A stretch of DNA of 64,000 nucleotides from Candidatus Latescibacterota bacterium (lineage in GTDB: Bacteria; Latescibacterota; UBA2968): positions 5,824,001 to 5,888,000 of the forward strand of contig OZ240241.1 in NCBI GenBank assembly GCA_965198115.1, read 5' to 3'. Both the position numbers and the translations under genes were made by a program. Positions 1-9,153 of the stretch are shown piece by piece. A model generated the notes under the pieces. It ran no database searches and was not told the DNA's origin. It saw nothing but the letters and a program-made list of their open reading frames with translations. Every line of letters starts with the position of its first letter. Within the stretch, counting starts at the first letter, position 1.

Positions 1-387
1 GCGATAGTGGGCGATCTTCCCTGCGGGGACTGAGTGATCCGACGGCAACACCATTAAAACGTCGACACCCAGATCTCTGCAAAAGTGCGCGAACTCGACC
101 GCCCTGGGGTCCGGCCATCGTCGGGTCGCGGCCACGGTGAGCGCGCGACCTTTCACTTGATCCATCAGACAACGCGTCAGTTCAGTCACTTCGTCGTCGG
201 ACAAGTGATCGAATTGACTGTCGCCGTATGTGAGGAGGCTCACTTCGCTGCCTCCGACGATGCCGACTTCGATGATGTTCCGTACGCCCTGCCAGTCGAT
301 ATCACCGTTCGACAGGAAGGTCGTGGGAATCGAGTTGACGGGGCCGTCGAGGCGGTCCTTGATTGTTTCGGGTCTTGTCTGCGCCAT
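1..387 (-). CDS. Dihydrodipicolinate synthase (DapA)-family aldolase/dehydratase, 5' part (runs off window)
   Basis: Manual translation from ATG at 387: MAQTRPETIKDRLDGPVNSIPTTFLSNGDIDWQGVRNIIEVG...LLTYGDSQFDHLSDDEV...DLGVDVLMVLP, open to position 1; typical class I aldolase N-terminus. Absent from the ORF track because it lacks a stop. Confidence 0.8.
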   Translation of the reverse strand, partial: MAQTRPETIKDRLDGPVNSIPTTFLSNGDIDWQGVRNIIEVGIVGGSEVSLLTYGDSQFDHLSDDEVTELTRCLMDQVKGRALTVAATRRWPDPRAVEFAHFCRDLGVDVLMVLPSDHSVPAGKIAHYR

Positions 388-486
388 CCGCTTTCGCTCC
401 TCTCGATCGGTGGCCAATATGCTCCAGAATGACCGCAAGTTCCACACCTCATTCTCGGGGAACGGAGTCTCCCCTCCGGGTCGACT

Positions 487-2415
487 TTGACCCGCCGTGC
501 CGTTCTGATCGGCCTGACGCTATCTGCGATCATCAGCGTCTGGCCGGCGTATTCGAGTATGATCGTTCGTTCCTCGCGGGCCGACTATGCTCACCTGTCG
601 GTCGCCTTCCTTGTCCCGTTTGTCATCCTCCTTCTGATGGACCTCGTCGCCAAGCGACGCGGGTCGGGTCTGTCATCGTCGGAGCTGATCACGATCTGTT
701 GTATCGGGGCGCTGGCCGCGAACACACAAGGCGAGTGGCTCTCCGGTTGTTTCCTCGGCACGATTTCCTCCCCGACGTATTTCGCGACACCCGAGAATCG
801 GTGGGACGAACTCCTGCTCGCGAGGCTCCCACCCTGGACCATCGTGAGCGACCCTGAAGCGACGACAGGGTTTTATGAGGGACTGCCGGACGGTCGGACC
901 ATCCCGTGGCGTGTTTGGGCCGTGCCGCTGCTGTGGTGGGGAAGTTTTTTCGGCGCTCTTCTGGTCGCCAATCTGTGTGTGCTGGTGATCCTCCGAAAGC
1001 AGTGGATGGAGAACGAGCGGCTTGCGTTTCCGATCGCGACGGCACTCCTACAAATGACAGGGGGAAGTCGTGCGACGTCTACATTTCAAACCTTGATCGC
1101 ATCGCGGCTATTCCGGGTCGAGTTCTTCACTGTGCTGGGTATCTTCGCGTGGAATACGACCACGTGGTTCGTGACTGCGATCCCACCTCTGCCCGTGATG
1201 ACGCGGCACCAGCTCTTCGTCGCCCGTGGGTTCCCCTCTGCGCTGATCGTGGTCCATCCGATGACGATGGCTTTCGCCTACTTCACCAAATCGGACGTGC
1301 TTCTCAGTTTGTGGGTGTTCCAGATCTTCTCATTCATTCAGGCGGGTCTCTTCAATCGTGTGGGTTTCAGCATTGGTGCGTCCGACCCGTGGGGATCTTT
1401 CGACGCGTCGACCGGGTGGCAGAGCTTTGGGGGAATGATCGTTTTCGTGGCGTGGGGGATGTGGATCGGACGGAGCCATTTGTCAGCCGTGATTCGGCAA
1501 GCCTGGACGGGGGAGCGGACGGTCGATGATTCCGGCGAGCTTCTGTCCTATCGAACGGCCGTCTGGCTTCTGGCAGGATCCGCCCTCTTTTTAGTGTTCT
1601 GGCTCAGGGGAACGGGGATGGACTGGGCGCCGCTGATGGCTTTCTGGTTCGGGACAGCCATCCTTTACATTGGTTTGGCGAGAATCATCGTGGAGAGCGG
1701 GCTGGTCATTCTGCGAGGGCCGATCACCGCCCAGGCATTCACGTGGCATCTCGTCGGTGTGGGCGGTGTCGGCCCGGCGAGTGCGGCCGTTCTGGGTCTG
1801 ACCTACACGTTCTTCTGCGATGGCAAGACGCTGGGAATGACCGCGCTCGCCCACGTGGCAAGGCTGAGTCAGGAGATGGAGATGCGTGGAAGGCGGCTGC
1901 TCGTGCCCGTGGTTCTTCTTGGCGCGGTCGTTGGGACAGTGGCCGTGGTCGGGTTCACACTTTACGAGGGTTATCACGCCTACGGCAGCTTCAACTTCGG
2001 GGTGGTTACCTTCACCGGATCGAACAACGGGCCCGTTGGCGTGTGGCAGATCAGCGCGAATCGGATTCAGCAGGGGACGTCCGGTACGGACTGGAACAGG
2101 CTGACGTTTCTGGGCATCGGCGGACTCTTTACGGCGCTCGTGCTCTACTTGCGGTATCTCATTCCGACGTTTCCCATTTCGCCCATCGGGTTCGCAATCT
2201 CCCCGTCGGGAGTGTTGCAAAGCAGCCTGCTGTCGATTCTTCTGGTGTGGGGCATCAAGACGATTCTGCTCAGAATTGGTGGGCTGGAACGCTACCGGCA
2301 GACGGCGCCCCTTTTTCTAGGGATGCTGATCGGACACGCGATGGGTCTTGCCCTGGGTGTGGTCGTCGACACGATCTGGTTCAACGGGAGTGGACATAGT
2401 ATAAACCGATGGTAG
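487..2415 (+). CDS. DUF6785/DUF6784-like polytopic membrane protein (OPT-like transporter), copy 1
   Basis: 642 aa, many TM helices, motifs LRKQWMENERLAFPIA, FTKSDVL, ARIIVESG, PISPIGF; TTG start. Confidence 0.8.
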   Translation: MTRRAVLIGLTLSAIISVWPAYSSMIVRSSRADYAHLSVAFLVPFVILLLMDLVAKRRGSGLSSSELITICCIGALAANTQGEWLSGCFLGTISSPTYFATPENRWDELLLARLPPWTIVSDPEATTGFYEGLPDGRTIPWRVWAVPLLWWGSFFGALLVANLCVLVILRKQWMENERLAFPIATALLQMTGGSRATSTFQTLIASRLFRVEFFTVLGIFAWNTTTWFVTAIPPLPVMTRHQLFVARGFPSALIVVHPMTMAFAYFTKSDVLLSLWVFQIFSFIQAGLFNRVGFSIGASDPWGSFDASTGWQSFGGMIVFVAWGMWIGRSHLSAVIRQAWTGERTVDDSGELLSYRTAVWLLAGSALFLVFWLRGTGMDWAPLMAFWFGTAILYIGLARIIVESGLVILRGPITAQAFTWHLVGVGGVGPASAAVLGLTYTFFCDGKTLGMTALAHVARLSQEMEMRGRRLLVPVVLLGAVVGTVAVVGFTLYEGYHAYGSFNFGVVTFTGSNNGPVGVWQISANRIQQGTSGTDWNRLTFLGIGGLFTALVLYLRYLIPTFPISPIGFAISPSGVLQSSLLSILLVWGIKTILLRIGGLERYRQTAPLFLGMLIGHAMGLALGVVVDTIWFNGSGHSINRW

Positions 2416-2518
2416 AGGATGCTTCCTCGCTGAGGAGGATTGACGGGTTTCGAGGATGTAGCAAGCTGAGGGGGCGACGGGGCGAGCGGGCGAGGCGATG
2501 GCTTCGCGTGAGCGTTTT

Positions 2519-2651
2519 GGTGGGACCGGCCTCCCGGCCGGGAAGAACCATCGGGCGGGTGATCGTGAGGTTTTTTGGGTAGGACCGGCCCTTCGACGGA
2601 GTTTATCCCGAGCGAAGTCGAGGGGCTCAGGATGTACCTCCCGGCCGGGAA
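2519..2651. repeat. REP-like palindromes (GGGACCGGCCTCCCGGCCGG); second copy interrupted by a CCTTCGAC...GCTCAGGA element
   Basis: Intact copy at 2521-2544; second copy at ~2579-2651 split between GGACCGGC and CCTCCCGGCCGG by a ~45-bp insert. Confidence 0.65.
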
Positions 2652-2717
2652 CGCGTCTGGCGTAGAGTAGTCGCAGGCTTCAGTCTGCGTACCCAGTGGG
2701 CGATATAGGACGAAACT

Positions 2718-4640
2718 TTGACGAAGCGTGCACTCATTGTTGGGCTGGTAATGGCTGTCTGGGTCAGTGTCTGGCCGGCCTATTCGAGTATGATCGTGCG
2801 ATCCTCGCGGGCGGATTTCGCGCATCTGTCTGTCGCATTTCTGATTCCTTTCATCTGTCTCCTTGCTTTCAATCTGGTTCTGGGACGCCGTGGCAATGCT
2901 CTGCAGTCCTCGGAACTGCTCGCCATCTGTTGTATGGGGATGCTGGCTTCGAATATGCAGGGCGAGTGGCTGTCGGGCTACTTCCTGGGGACGATCTCCG
3001 CACCGACTTATTTTGCCACGCCGGAAAACCGTTGGGAGGAACTGCTTCTCGCGAACGTCCCACCGTGGTCGATTGTCGCGCATCTCAGGAGCACGACGGG
3101 GTTTTATGAAGGTCTCCTATCCGGGGACGTATTTCCGTGGTACTACTGGCTGCCCCCGCTTCTGTCGTGGGGCGGCCTCCTGGCAGCGATTCTGACGGCG
3201 AATCTCTGTACGATGGTCATCCTGCGGAAGCAGTGGATGGAACACGAGCGGCTGACGTTTCCGATCGCGATCGGGCTGCTAGAGTTGACGGGCACCTCGA
3301 GCGCCTCCAGGACGCTCGCCAGTCTGGTGCGGTCGAGGCTCTTCCAGATGGGGTTCCTGGTCGTGTTCGTTCTCTTCTGCTGGAACATCACGTCCTGGTT
3401 TTACCCCCTGCTTCCCCAGTTCCCGATTATGACCCGTCTCGATGTCTACGTCTGGCAGAGCCTGCCCCCGCTGTGGATCGTGCTTCATCCGATGTCGATG
3501 ACGTTCGCGTACTTCACCAAGTCGGATGTCCTGCTGAGCATCTGGGTGTTTCAGCTGTTGGCGTTTACCCAGGCGGCGATTTTCGATCGGATCGGCTTCA
3601 GCATCGGAGAGTCGGATCGCTGGTCTTCGCTGAAGCCCGCGATCGGCTGGCAAAGCTTCGGCGGGATGATTCTTTTCGTCGGGTGGGGGCTGTGGATGGC
3701 TCGGTCCCATCTGAAAGAAGTCTTCAAAAAGGCGTTGGGGAAGCCGTCGTCGGTCGACGATTCCGGCGAACTGCTTTCGTACCGAACTGCGGTCTGGCTG
3801 CTGCTGGGGTCGGTGGCGTTCGCGGTGTGCTTTCTCCGTGCGACGGGGATGGGTTGGGGACCCGTGCTGGCGTTCTGGTTCGCGTCGGCCATCCTCTATC
3901 TGGGGTTGGCGAGGATCATCGTGGAGAGCGGGCTCGTTTTCCTGAGGGGTCCCATTACGGCTCAGATCTTCGCGTGGAACCTGTTCGGCATCACGGGGAT
4001 GACCCCTGCGAGCGCGGCCTCGCTGACGCTGACCTACACGTTCTTCTGCGATGCGAAGACGTTCGGGATGACGACGTTCGCACACATCCCCCGACTGTCG
4101 GTGGCGATGACGCCGGAAAGACGTCGCCACGTCGCGCCGTCCGTTCTTCTGGCAGCACTCCTCGGGGCGGGCTCGGTGATTTCGTTCATTCTCTACAAGG
4201 GATTCTACACGATCGGCGCCTACAACTTCGGCGTCGTCAGTTTCAACGGATCGATCAACAGCGCGATCGGGCTCTGGGAGACGAGCGCGAGCCGGATCAT
4301 CGAAGGGACGGGTGGCACGGACTGGAAACGGCTCCAGTTTCTGGGAATCGGTGGCGCGGTGACCGGATGCCTTCTCTACCTCAGGTATCGCTTCCCCGGT
4401 TTTCCGATTCATCCGATCGGTTTCACGATCTCCTCTTCGGAAATTCTTCGTAGTAATCTGTTCTCGATCTTCACTGTCTGGCTCGTGAAGACCATCCTGT
4501 TGGGACTGGGCGGGTTGGAACGGTATCACCGCACGGTGCCGCTGTTCCTTGGAATGCTGATCGGACACCTCGCTGGGCTCGCGCTGGGCGTCGTGGTCGA
4601 CTTTTTCTGGTTCCACGGGGAGGGGCTATCCTTTGAATAG
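2718..4640 (+). CDS. DUF6785/DUF6784-like membrane protein, copy 2 (tandem paralog of copy 1)
   Basis: 640 aa, colinear with copy 1 (WPAYSSMIVRSSRAD, PTYFATPENRW, TYTFFCD); last codons probably +1 frameshifted. Confidence 0.8.
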   Translation: MTKRALIVGLVMAVWVSVWPAYSSMIVRSSRADFAHLSVAFLIPFICLLAFNLVLGRRGNALQSSELLAICCMGMLASNMQGEWLSGYFLGTISAPTYFATPENRWEELLLANVPPWSIVAHLRSTTGFYEGLLSGDVFPWYYWLPPLLSWGGLLAAILTANLCTMVILRKQWMEHERLTFPIAIGLLELTGTSSASRTLASLVRSRLFQMGFLVVFVLFCWNITSWFYPLLPQFPIMTRLDVYVWQSLPPLWIVLHPMSMTFAYFTKSDVLLSIWVFQLLAFTQAAIFDRIGFSIGESDRWSSLKPAIGWQSFGGMILFVGWGLWMARSHLKEVFKKALGKPSSVDDSGELLSYRTAVWLLLGSVAFAVCFLRATGMGWGPVLAFWFASAILYLGLARIIVESGLVFLRGPITAQIFAWNLFGITGMTPASAASLTLTYTFFCDAKTFGMTTFAHIPRLSVAMTPERRRHVAPSVLLAALLGAGSVISFILYKGFYTIGAYNFGVVSFNGSINSAIGLWETSASRIIEGTGGTDWKRLQFLGIGGAVTGCLLYLRYRFPGFPIHPIGFTISSSEILRSNLFSIFTVWLVKTILLGLGGLERYHRTVPLFLGMLIGHLAGLALGVVVDFFWFHGEGLSFE

Positions 4641-4693
4641 ATGGTAGGAGGTGACGGAGGAGCTTCGGAGCAGGAGAGGGCTTGGGAGTAAGA

Positions 4694-5963
4694 CTTAGTA
4701 CTCCTGTTCTCAAATACGGTGACGTATTCTAAGCAGACTTTGCCAAGGGCGTATCGTAGAACCTGAGTTTGTCGATCATCTCCGCGAGATCTGTTCGTGT
4801 GAACTTCCATTTGAAGGGTGTGGCGATACGTCCGTAGCGTTCCTGAAAACCGAGGATTCTTGCCTCAAGCTCTTCGAGCGATGCAAATTCGATAGGTGTC
4901 AGAGCCTTGCGTTTGAGGATCGAGAAGTAGATCTCGATCTGATTGAGCCAGCTTGCGTGGATCGGAAGGTGAACGGGGTGGATGTTTGGCCACTTCCCCT
5001 GGATACGGTCGATGCATGTTTGCCCTCGGTGCGAGGAGCCATTATCCACGATGAGGTAGACTTTCTTTGCCGAGCAATAGGGTTTCCGGCTCATGATCAG
5101 GCTCAGGAGCCGGTTGAAGGGCTCGATACCCGAAGAAGACTCACAGAGACCGAAGATTCGACCATTGTGCACGTCGAGAGCAGCCAGATAGGCCAGGGCT
5201 CCTTTCCGCTCGTATTCGTGTTCAACGCGTGCCGCTCTGTTCGAGGCTGGCGGTAGGGTAACGTGCTTGCGAGCTCGTGCTTGAATACTGGTCTTTTCGT
5301 CGGCAGAAAGTACATATTCCCTCGGCCCTAAAGGCTTTCCTTGCCATTGGCGGTGATACAGATCAAGGACTCTACCTGCTTTGGTTTGGAAGTCCGGGTC
5401 CCGTGGGAAAATCCAGGAGCGATGATACCAAGGACGAATCGCGTCCTCGTTCAACCAGCGCCAGACAGTGGCGCCGCTGATCTTGGCAACGAAGCCCCTT
5501 TGCACTGCCTCGGCGGCAATCTCGGAACAGCTGAACCGCGAGAGCGGTATCCCGCTCTCGCTCGGTAGTTCACACGCCAGCGCCTTGATCTGAACGACCA
5601 CCTGAGGGGGGGAAAACCGGGCGGGCGCCCGGGACGAGATCTATCTTCGAGTCCCGAAAGACGCTCTTCGAAAAAGCGCTTACGCCATTTGCTTACGATC
5701 GGACGCGGGACATCCAACCGTTGGGCGATACTCTTGTTGGATAATCCCTCGGCGGCGAGAAGCACGATTTTCGATCGGATCACTTGATAATACGGTAACG
5801 TATATTGTCCAGCCATTCGCTCGAGGTCGACCCGTTCCTTCTCAGACAGTAGCACCACATAAGGCGAACGTCTTGGCATTGTTCTCCTCCTTTTGAAGGA
5901 GAACATAAGCTACAAATAATGTTCATAACATACGTAATAATGTTTATGAAACCATGCACTTAG
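4694..5963 (-). mobile_element. IS630-family insertion sequence
   Basis: HTH ORF plus DDE ORF; flanking direct repeat CTTAG (4694-4698, 5959-5963); imperfect terminal inverted repeats, 17/30 matches by hand alignment. Confidence 0.85.
4729..5879 (-). CDS. IS630 transposase in two frames (HTH orfA from ATG 5879; DDE orfB 4729-5601)
   Basis: orfA MPRRSPYVVLL...SKWRKRF...RPGRP; orfB SADEKT, IVDNGSSH, HASWLNQIEIYFS. Frames join at T4C7 near 5606-5616. Confidence 0.9.
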
Positions 5964-6025
5964 CTGAGCGGGAGACGGGGCGAACGGGAGAGCAAGTGTG
6001 GCGATGGCTGACGCGTGATGGTTTG

Positions 6026-6116
6026 GTGGGACTGGCCTCCCGGCCAGGAACCTGTGACGGATTCTTCTGCACAAATGGCATTTCCGATCTGTTCGCAGCC
6101 GGGTGGCTGCTCCCAC
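6026..6116. repeat. REP doublet (REPIN-like)
   Basis: GTGGGACTGGCCTCCCGGCCAGGAA ... TTCGCAGCCGGGTGGCTGCTCCCAC in inverted orientation. Confidence 0.6.
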
Positions 6117-6276
6117 CGCCTTGCTATACGCCAATTGAAAAAGTGGCCTCGGGGCCACAATTGTAAGTCCTGATAAATAACGTGTTATAAAATTGTGTGG
6201 TGGCGTTGCCACGCCTGCTCGCCATCGCGCCGATCTTCTTCTTCTCGCCTGCTCGCCCCACGCTTGCTCGCGAACC

Positions 6277-7272
6277 TTACTGGTTTCCCACTGCCTTGAT
6301 CAAGGCCTTGATGTAACCCGCTGTAAACGCCCTCTGCCGATGTCCCCACGGGCTGTCCTGTTCTGACTTTGGTACGTGATCGGGGCAGAAGATACCGTCG
6401 TAGCCAGACTCGCTGTAAACCCTCATCGCCTTCCACATATCGATGTCGCCGTCGTCGATGTAGGCTTCCTCGAACTTGAGAAACCCACCACGGATGTTGC
6501 GGAAGTGGACCATAAAGATCCGCTTACGTTCCGCGAAGTAGCAGATGACGTCGAAGACTTCATCGGCCGGATGCTCCAGCATCTCCGAAACCGTCCCCTG
6601 ACAGAAGTTGAGGCCGTGGTAGGGGCTGCTGGCGATGTCGATAAACCTCTTGAGGCCATCGACCCTGCCGAGGACACGGTTGACGCCCATCACACCGGTG
6701 TCGTGCGGGACGGGGACGTCGTGCTGGTGGCAGGCCATCCGGACTTTGGACGCCTCGGCGACAGGGATTACGCGCTCGAGGAAGTAGGTGATGCGCTCCC
6801 ACATCATATCCGCGGTGACGCGGCCGGCTGAGGTCATCGGCGCATCCTTGATCAGCTCGTAGTCAAAAGCCCGTACGCTGACGCCACCCCGCGCGGTCGT
6901 GCGTCCGGTCGTGAGCACGTCAAGCAAGGTCAGGTTGTATTTCAGGCAAGGGATGCCGACCTCACCCGCGATGCGCACGCTCTCGCAGATGTTGTCGATC
7001 TCACGATCCCGCTCGGGCGTACCGAGCATAATGTTGGGACTGTCGCCGGGCGTTTGGGGGTTCCACTTGCGAAGTGGGAGAGGCACGACTTCGAGCTTTA
7101 CGTCGTGGGATGAGACGAAGTCGTTGAAGCGACTGAGTGATTCGCGGGTCCAGCGAGACTCGCCTTCAGGGATGACGTCACTTGTTTTACGCCGACGATG
7201 ATGAACCCCGACCTGTTTCGCGAACTTCAGGTTGTCGGAGGTGATGTCACTCATCTGGAAGGCGACGTTCAT
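6277..7272 (-). CDS. Mannonate dehydratase (UxuA)-family protein
   Basis: MWERITYFLERVIPVAE, MACHQHD, GLNFCQGT, VHFRNI, PDHVP motifs; start taken at MNVAFQ because the longer ORF start lies inside a REP. Confidence 0.85.
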   Translation of the reverse strand: MNVAFQMSDITSDNLKFAKQVGVHHRRRKTSDVIPEGESRWTRESLSRFNDFVSSHDVKLEVVPLPLRKWNPQTPGDSPNIMLGTPERDREIDNICESVRIAGEVGIPCLKYNLTLLDVLTTGRTTARGGVSVRAFDYELIKDAPMTSAGRVTADMMWERITYFLERVIPVAEASKVRMACHQHDVPVPHDTGVMGVNRVLGRVDGLKRFIDIASSPYHGLNFCQGTVSEMLEHPADEVFDVICYFAERKRIFMVHFRNIRGGFLKFEEAYIDDGDIDMWKAMRVYSESGYDGIFCPDHVPKSEQDSPWGHRQRAFTAGYIKALIKAVGNQ

Positions 7273-7287
7273 AAAAACCTTGAACCA

Positions 7288-7312
7288 CCCTTCGACTACG
7301 CTCAGGACAAGC
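7288..7312. repeat. REP-like element CCCTTCGACTACGCTCAGGACAAG
   Basis: Near-identical copy at 15638; related copies at ~2590, 17554 and 48855. Confidence 0.7.
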
Positions 7313-7416
7313 TTCGACACGAAGACACAAAGAAAATCTGGGAGGGAAAACCATCCTGATCCCTCCGCATCGGGAACGAGAAGGAGGCTTGTCGCCCCTT
7401 CGTGTTCGCCAAAACC

Positions 7417-8883
7417 CTATCCTTCGCCAGGGCCTGACTCGCCAAGAGTTTCGGACCAGGACATCTCGGGGAGACGGGGCCACACGAATTGTTCGGGGGT
7501 GTCGACTTTCCCCGCCCACTCGACAATGACTTCCATTTCCTTGCGGCGTTCCTGGACGCGACGTGCGACGTGCCCGGGGTCCCAGCCATCGAGGACGCGG
7601 GCGCGCAGGTTGCCCAGGACCTGACGGCACGATGGGTCAGATGCCCTGTCGGATGTCTCGAGCGGATCCTCCGCCAGGTTGAACAGTTGAGGCGGCTGCT
7701 CGTGGTGATAGATCATCTTCCACTCGTCCTGACGGATCATCCGCTGCGTGATGCCTTCATAGAGGCAATATTCGGAGAATGTGACATTTTCCCAGTCGCC
7801 CGATCCCGTTTTCAGCAGGTCGAGTGCGCTCCGGCCCGGTGAGTGGGGAAGCGAAGGGGCGCCCATCGCGTCGAGCATCGTTGCGCCGAGGTCGAGAGCA
7901 GACATCACGTGGTCGCATGTCTGACCTTCGGGCAGCACGCCCGGCCACGATAGAATGGTCGGAACGCGTACGGACTCTTCGTAGAAGGTGCGCTTCATCC
8001 AGAGATCGTGGTCGCCGGCGTGGTCTCCGTGGTCTGAGCTGTAGACGATCAGGGTGTCGTCGGCGAGGCCGTTCGCTTCGAGTGCGGCAAGGATCTTACC
8101 GATCATCTGATCCATTTCGTCGGCGAGGGCCCAGTAGGCGGCTCGGCCTCTGAGGATCCACTCATCGGGCAGGGTCTGATCCAGCTTGCCGTGCTCTCGC
8201 CACCAACGCAGGAACGGGTGGAGGTCGTCGTCGAACGGTTCCCTAACACGCGGCATCGTGATGCTCTCGCGGTAGCGTTCGTATATGGGCCGTCGCGCGA
8301 GATACGGATGGTGGGGGAGCATAAAGCCGACGGATAGACTGAAGGGCTTCGTCATCAGTCCGGCACGCTTCTGTACGCCGAGACGATCGAAGAAGTTAAC
8401 GGTCGCGGCCGTGACGTCCTCGTCGTGGACCTGGTAGGCGCCCTGACCGGGACCCGCGGCTTCGACGCTGGCACGAAGGTTTCCTGGCGCGAGTCCGGAT
8501 CCACCCCAGTTGGATCCGTGGTCGCCCACAGGACGATCGACGTAGCCGTGGAGCTGATCGGGACCGTTCGAGTGCATACGTCCGATGAGGACGGGATCGT
8601 AGCCGGCTGCACCCATCGCGTTGGCGATGGTCGGGATGCCGGCGTCGAGGATCTGGTTGTTCGTCCAGACTTCGATGTCGGAGGGGAATCGCCCGGCCAG
8701 CATTGCCATTCTCGATGGGACGCACACCGGTGACGGGCAATAGACGTTCGTGCAGTTGATCCCGTTGGCGGCCAGTCGGTCGAGATTAGGCGTCTGAACG
8801 AGGGGATCGCCCGCGCATCCCATCACGAACGGGCTGTGCTGATCGGAATGGATGTAGAGCAGGTTGGGTCGGGTGTCGGGCAT
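7417..8883 (-). CDS. Sulfatase (choline-sulfatase-like, Cys-type)
   Basis: HSDQH, CVPSR (CxPxR), GRMH, YSSDHG, YEESVRVP motifs. Confidence 0.92.
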   Translation of the reverse strand: MPDTRPNLLYIHSDQHSPFVMGCAGDPLVQTPNLDRLAANGINCTNVYCPSPVCVPSRMAMLAGRFPSDIEVWTNNQILDAGIPTIANAMGAAGYDPVLIGRMHSNGPDQLHGYVDRPVGDHGSNWGGSGLAPGNLRASVEAAGPGQGAYQVHDEDVTAATVNFFDRLGVQKRAGLMTKPFSLSVGFMLPHHPYLARRPIYERYRESITMPRVREPFDDDLHPFLRWWREHGKLDQTLPDEWILRGRAAYWALADEMDQMIGKILAALEANGLADDTLIVYSSDHGDHAGDHDLWMKRTFYEESVRVPTILSWPGVLPEGQTCDHVMSALDLGATMLDAMGAPSLPHSPGRSALDLLKTGSGDWENVTFSEYCLYEGITQRMIRQDEWKMIYHHEQPPQLFNLAEDPLETSDRASDPSCRQVLGNLRARVLDGWDPGHVARRVQERRKEMEVIVEWAGKVDTPEQFVWPRLPEMSWSETLGESGPGEG

Positions 8884-9002
8884 TGGGTTCTCGTTGGATA
8901 AAAAAAGAAAAGGACACAGGTATGATACCTATGGCCTGGAGCGATTCACAAACGGAGGCTTTCGGGCTCTGCCCGGCCACTACAGTCACGGCAAGGACGC
9001 TC

Positions 9003-9105
9003 TCCCCCGTGCTCTGCACGGGGGACCTGTGGGAAGGCGATCGAACGAAAACCTTTACCGGTGCAAGCGGCTAGAAACTTTTGTCCCCGTGCAGAGCACG
9101 GGGAC
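9003..9105. repeat. REP doublet CCCCGTGCTCTGCACGGGG / CCCCGTGCAGAGCACGGGG
   Basis: Two palindromes in inverted arrangement; same family at 20871-20895 and 43254-43374. Confidence 0.7.
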
Positions 9106-9153
9106 GAGCGAGGCGCTGTTGGATGTGGAGCGAGCGGAGCCCGCGGGAGATGA

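Noticed and set aside
3137-4616. Long alternative-frame and antisense ORFs over the transporter genes (also 18532-19659, 13994-15040 and others)
   Set aside because: Shadow ORFs expected at high GC, with Arg/Pro-rich composition and no motifs.
6120-6215. AT-rich stretch resembling an IS end or recombination site
   Set aside because: No partner end or recombinase found; the similarity is too weak to support.
7185-7205. Odd HHRRRK segment in the UxuA-like protein suggesting compensated frameshifts
   Set aside because: The frame stays open and this cannot be judged without an ortholog alignment.
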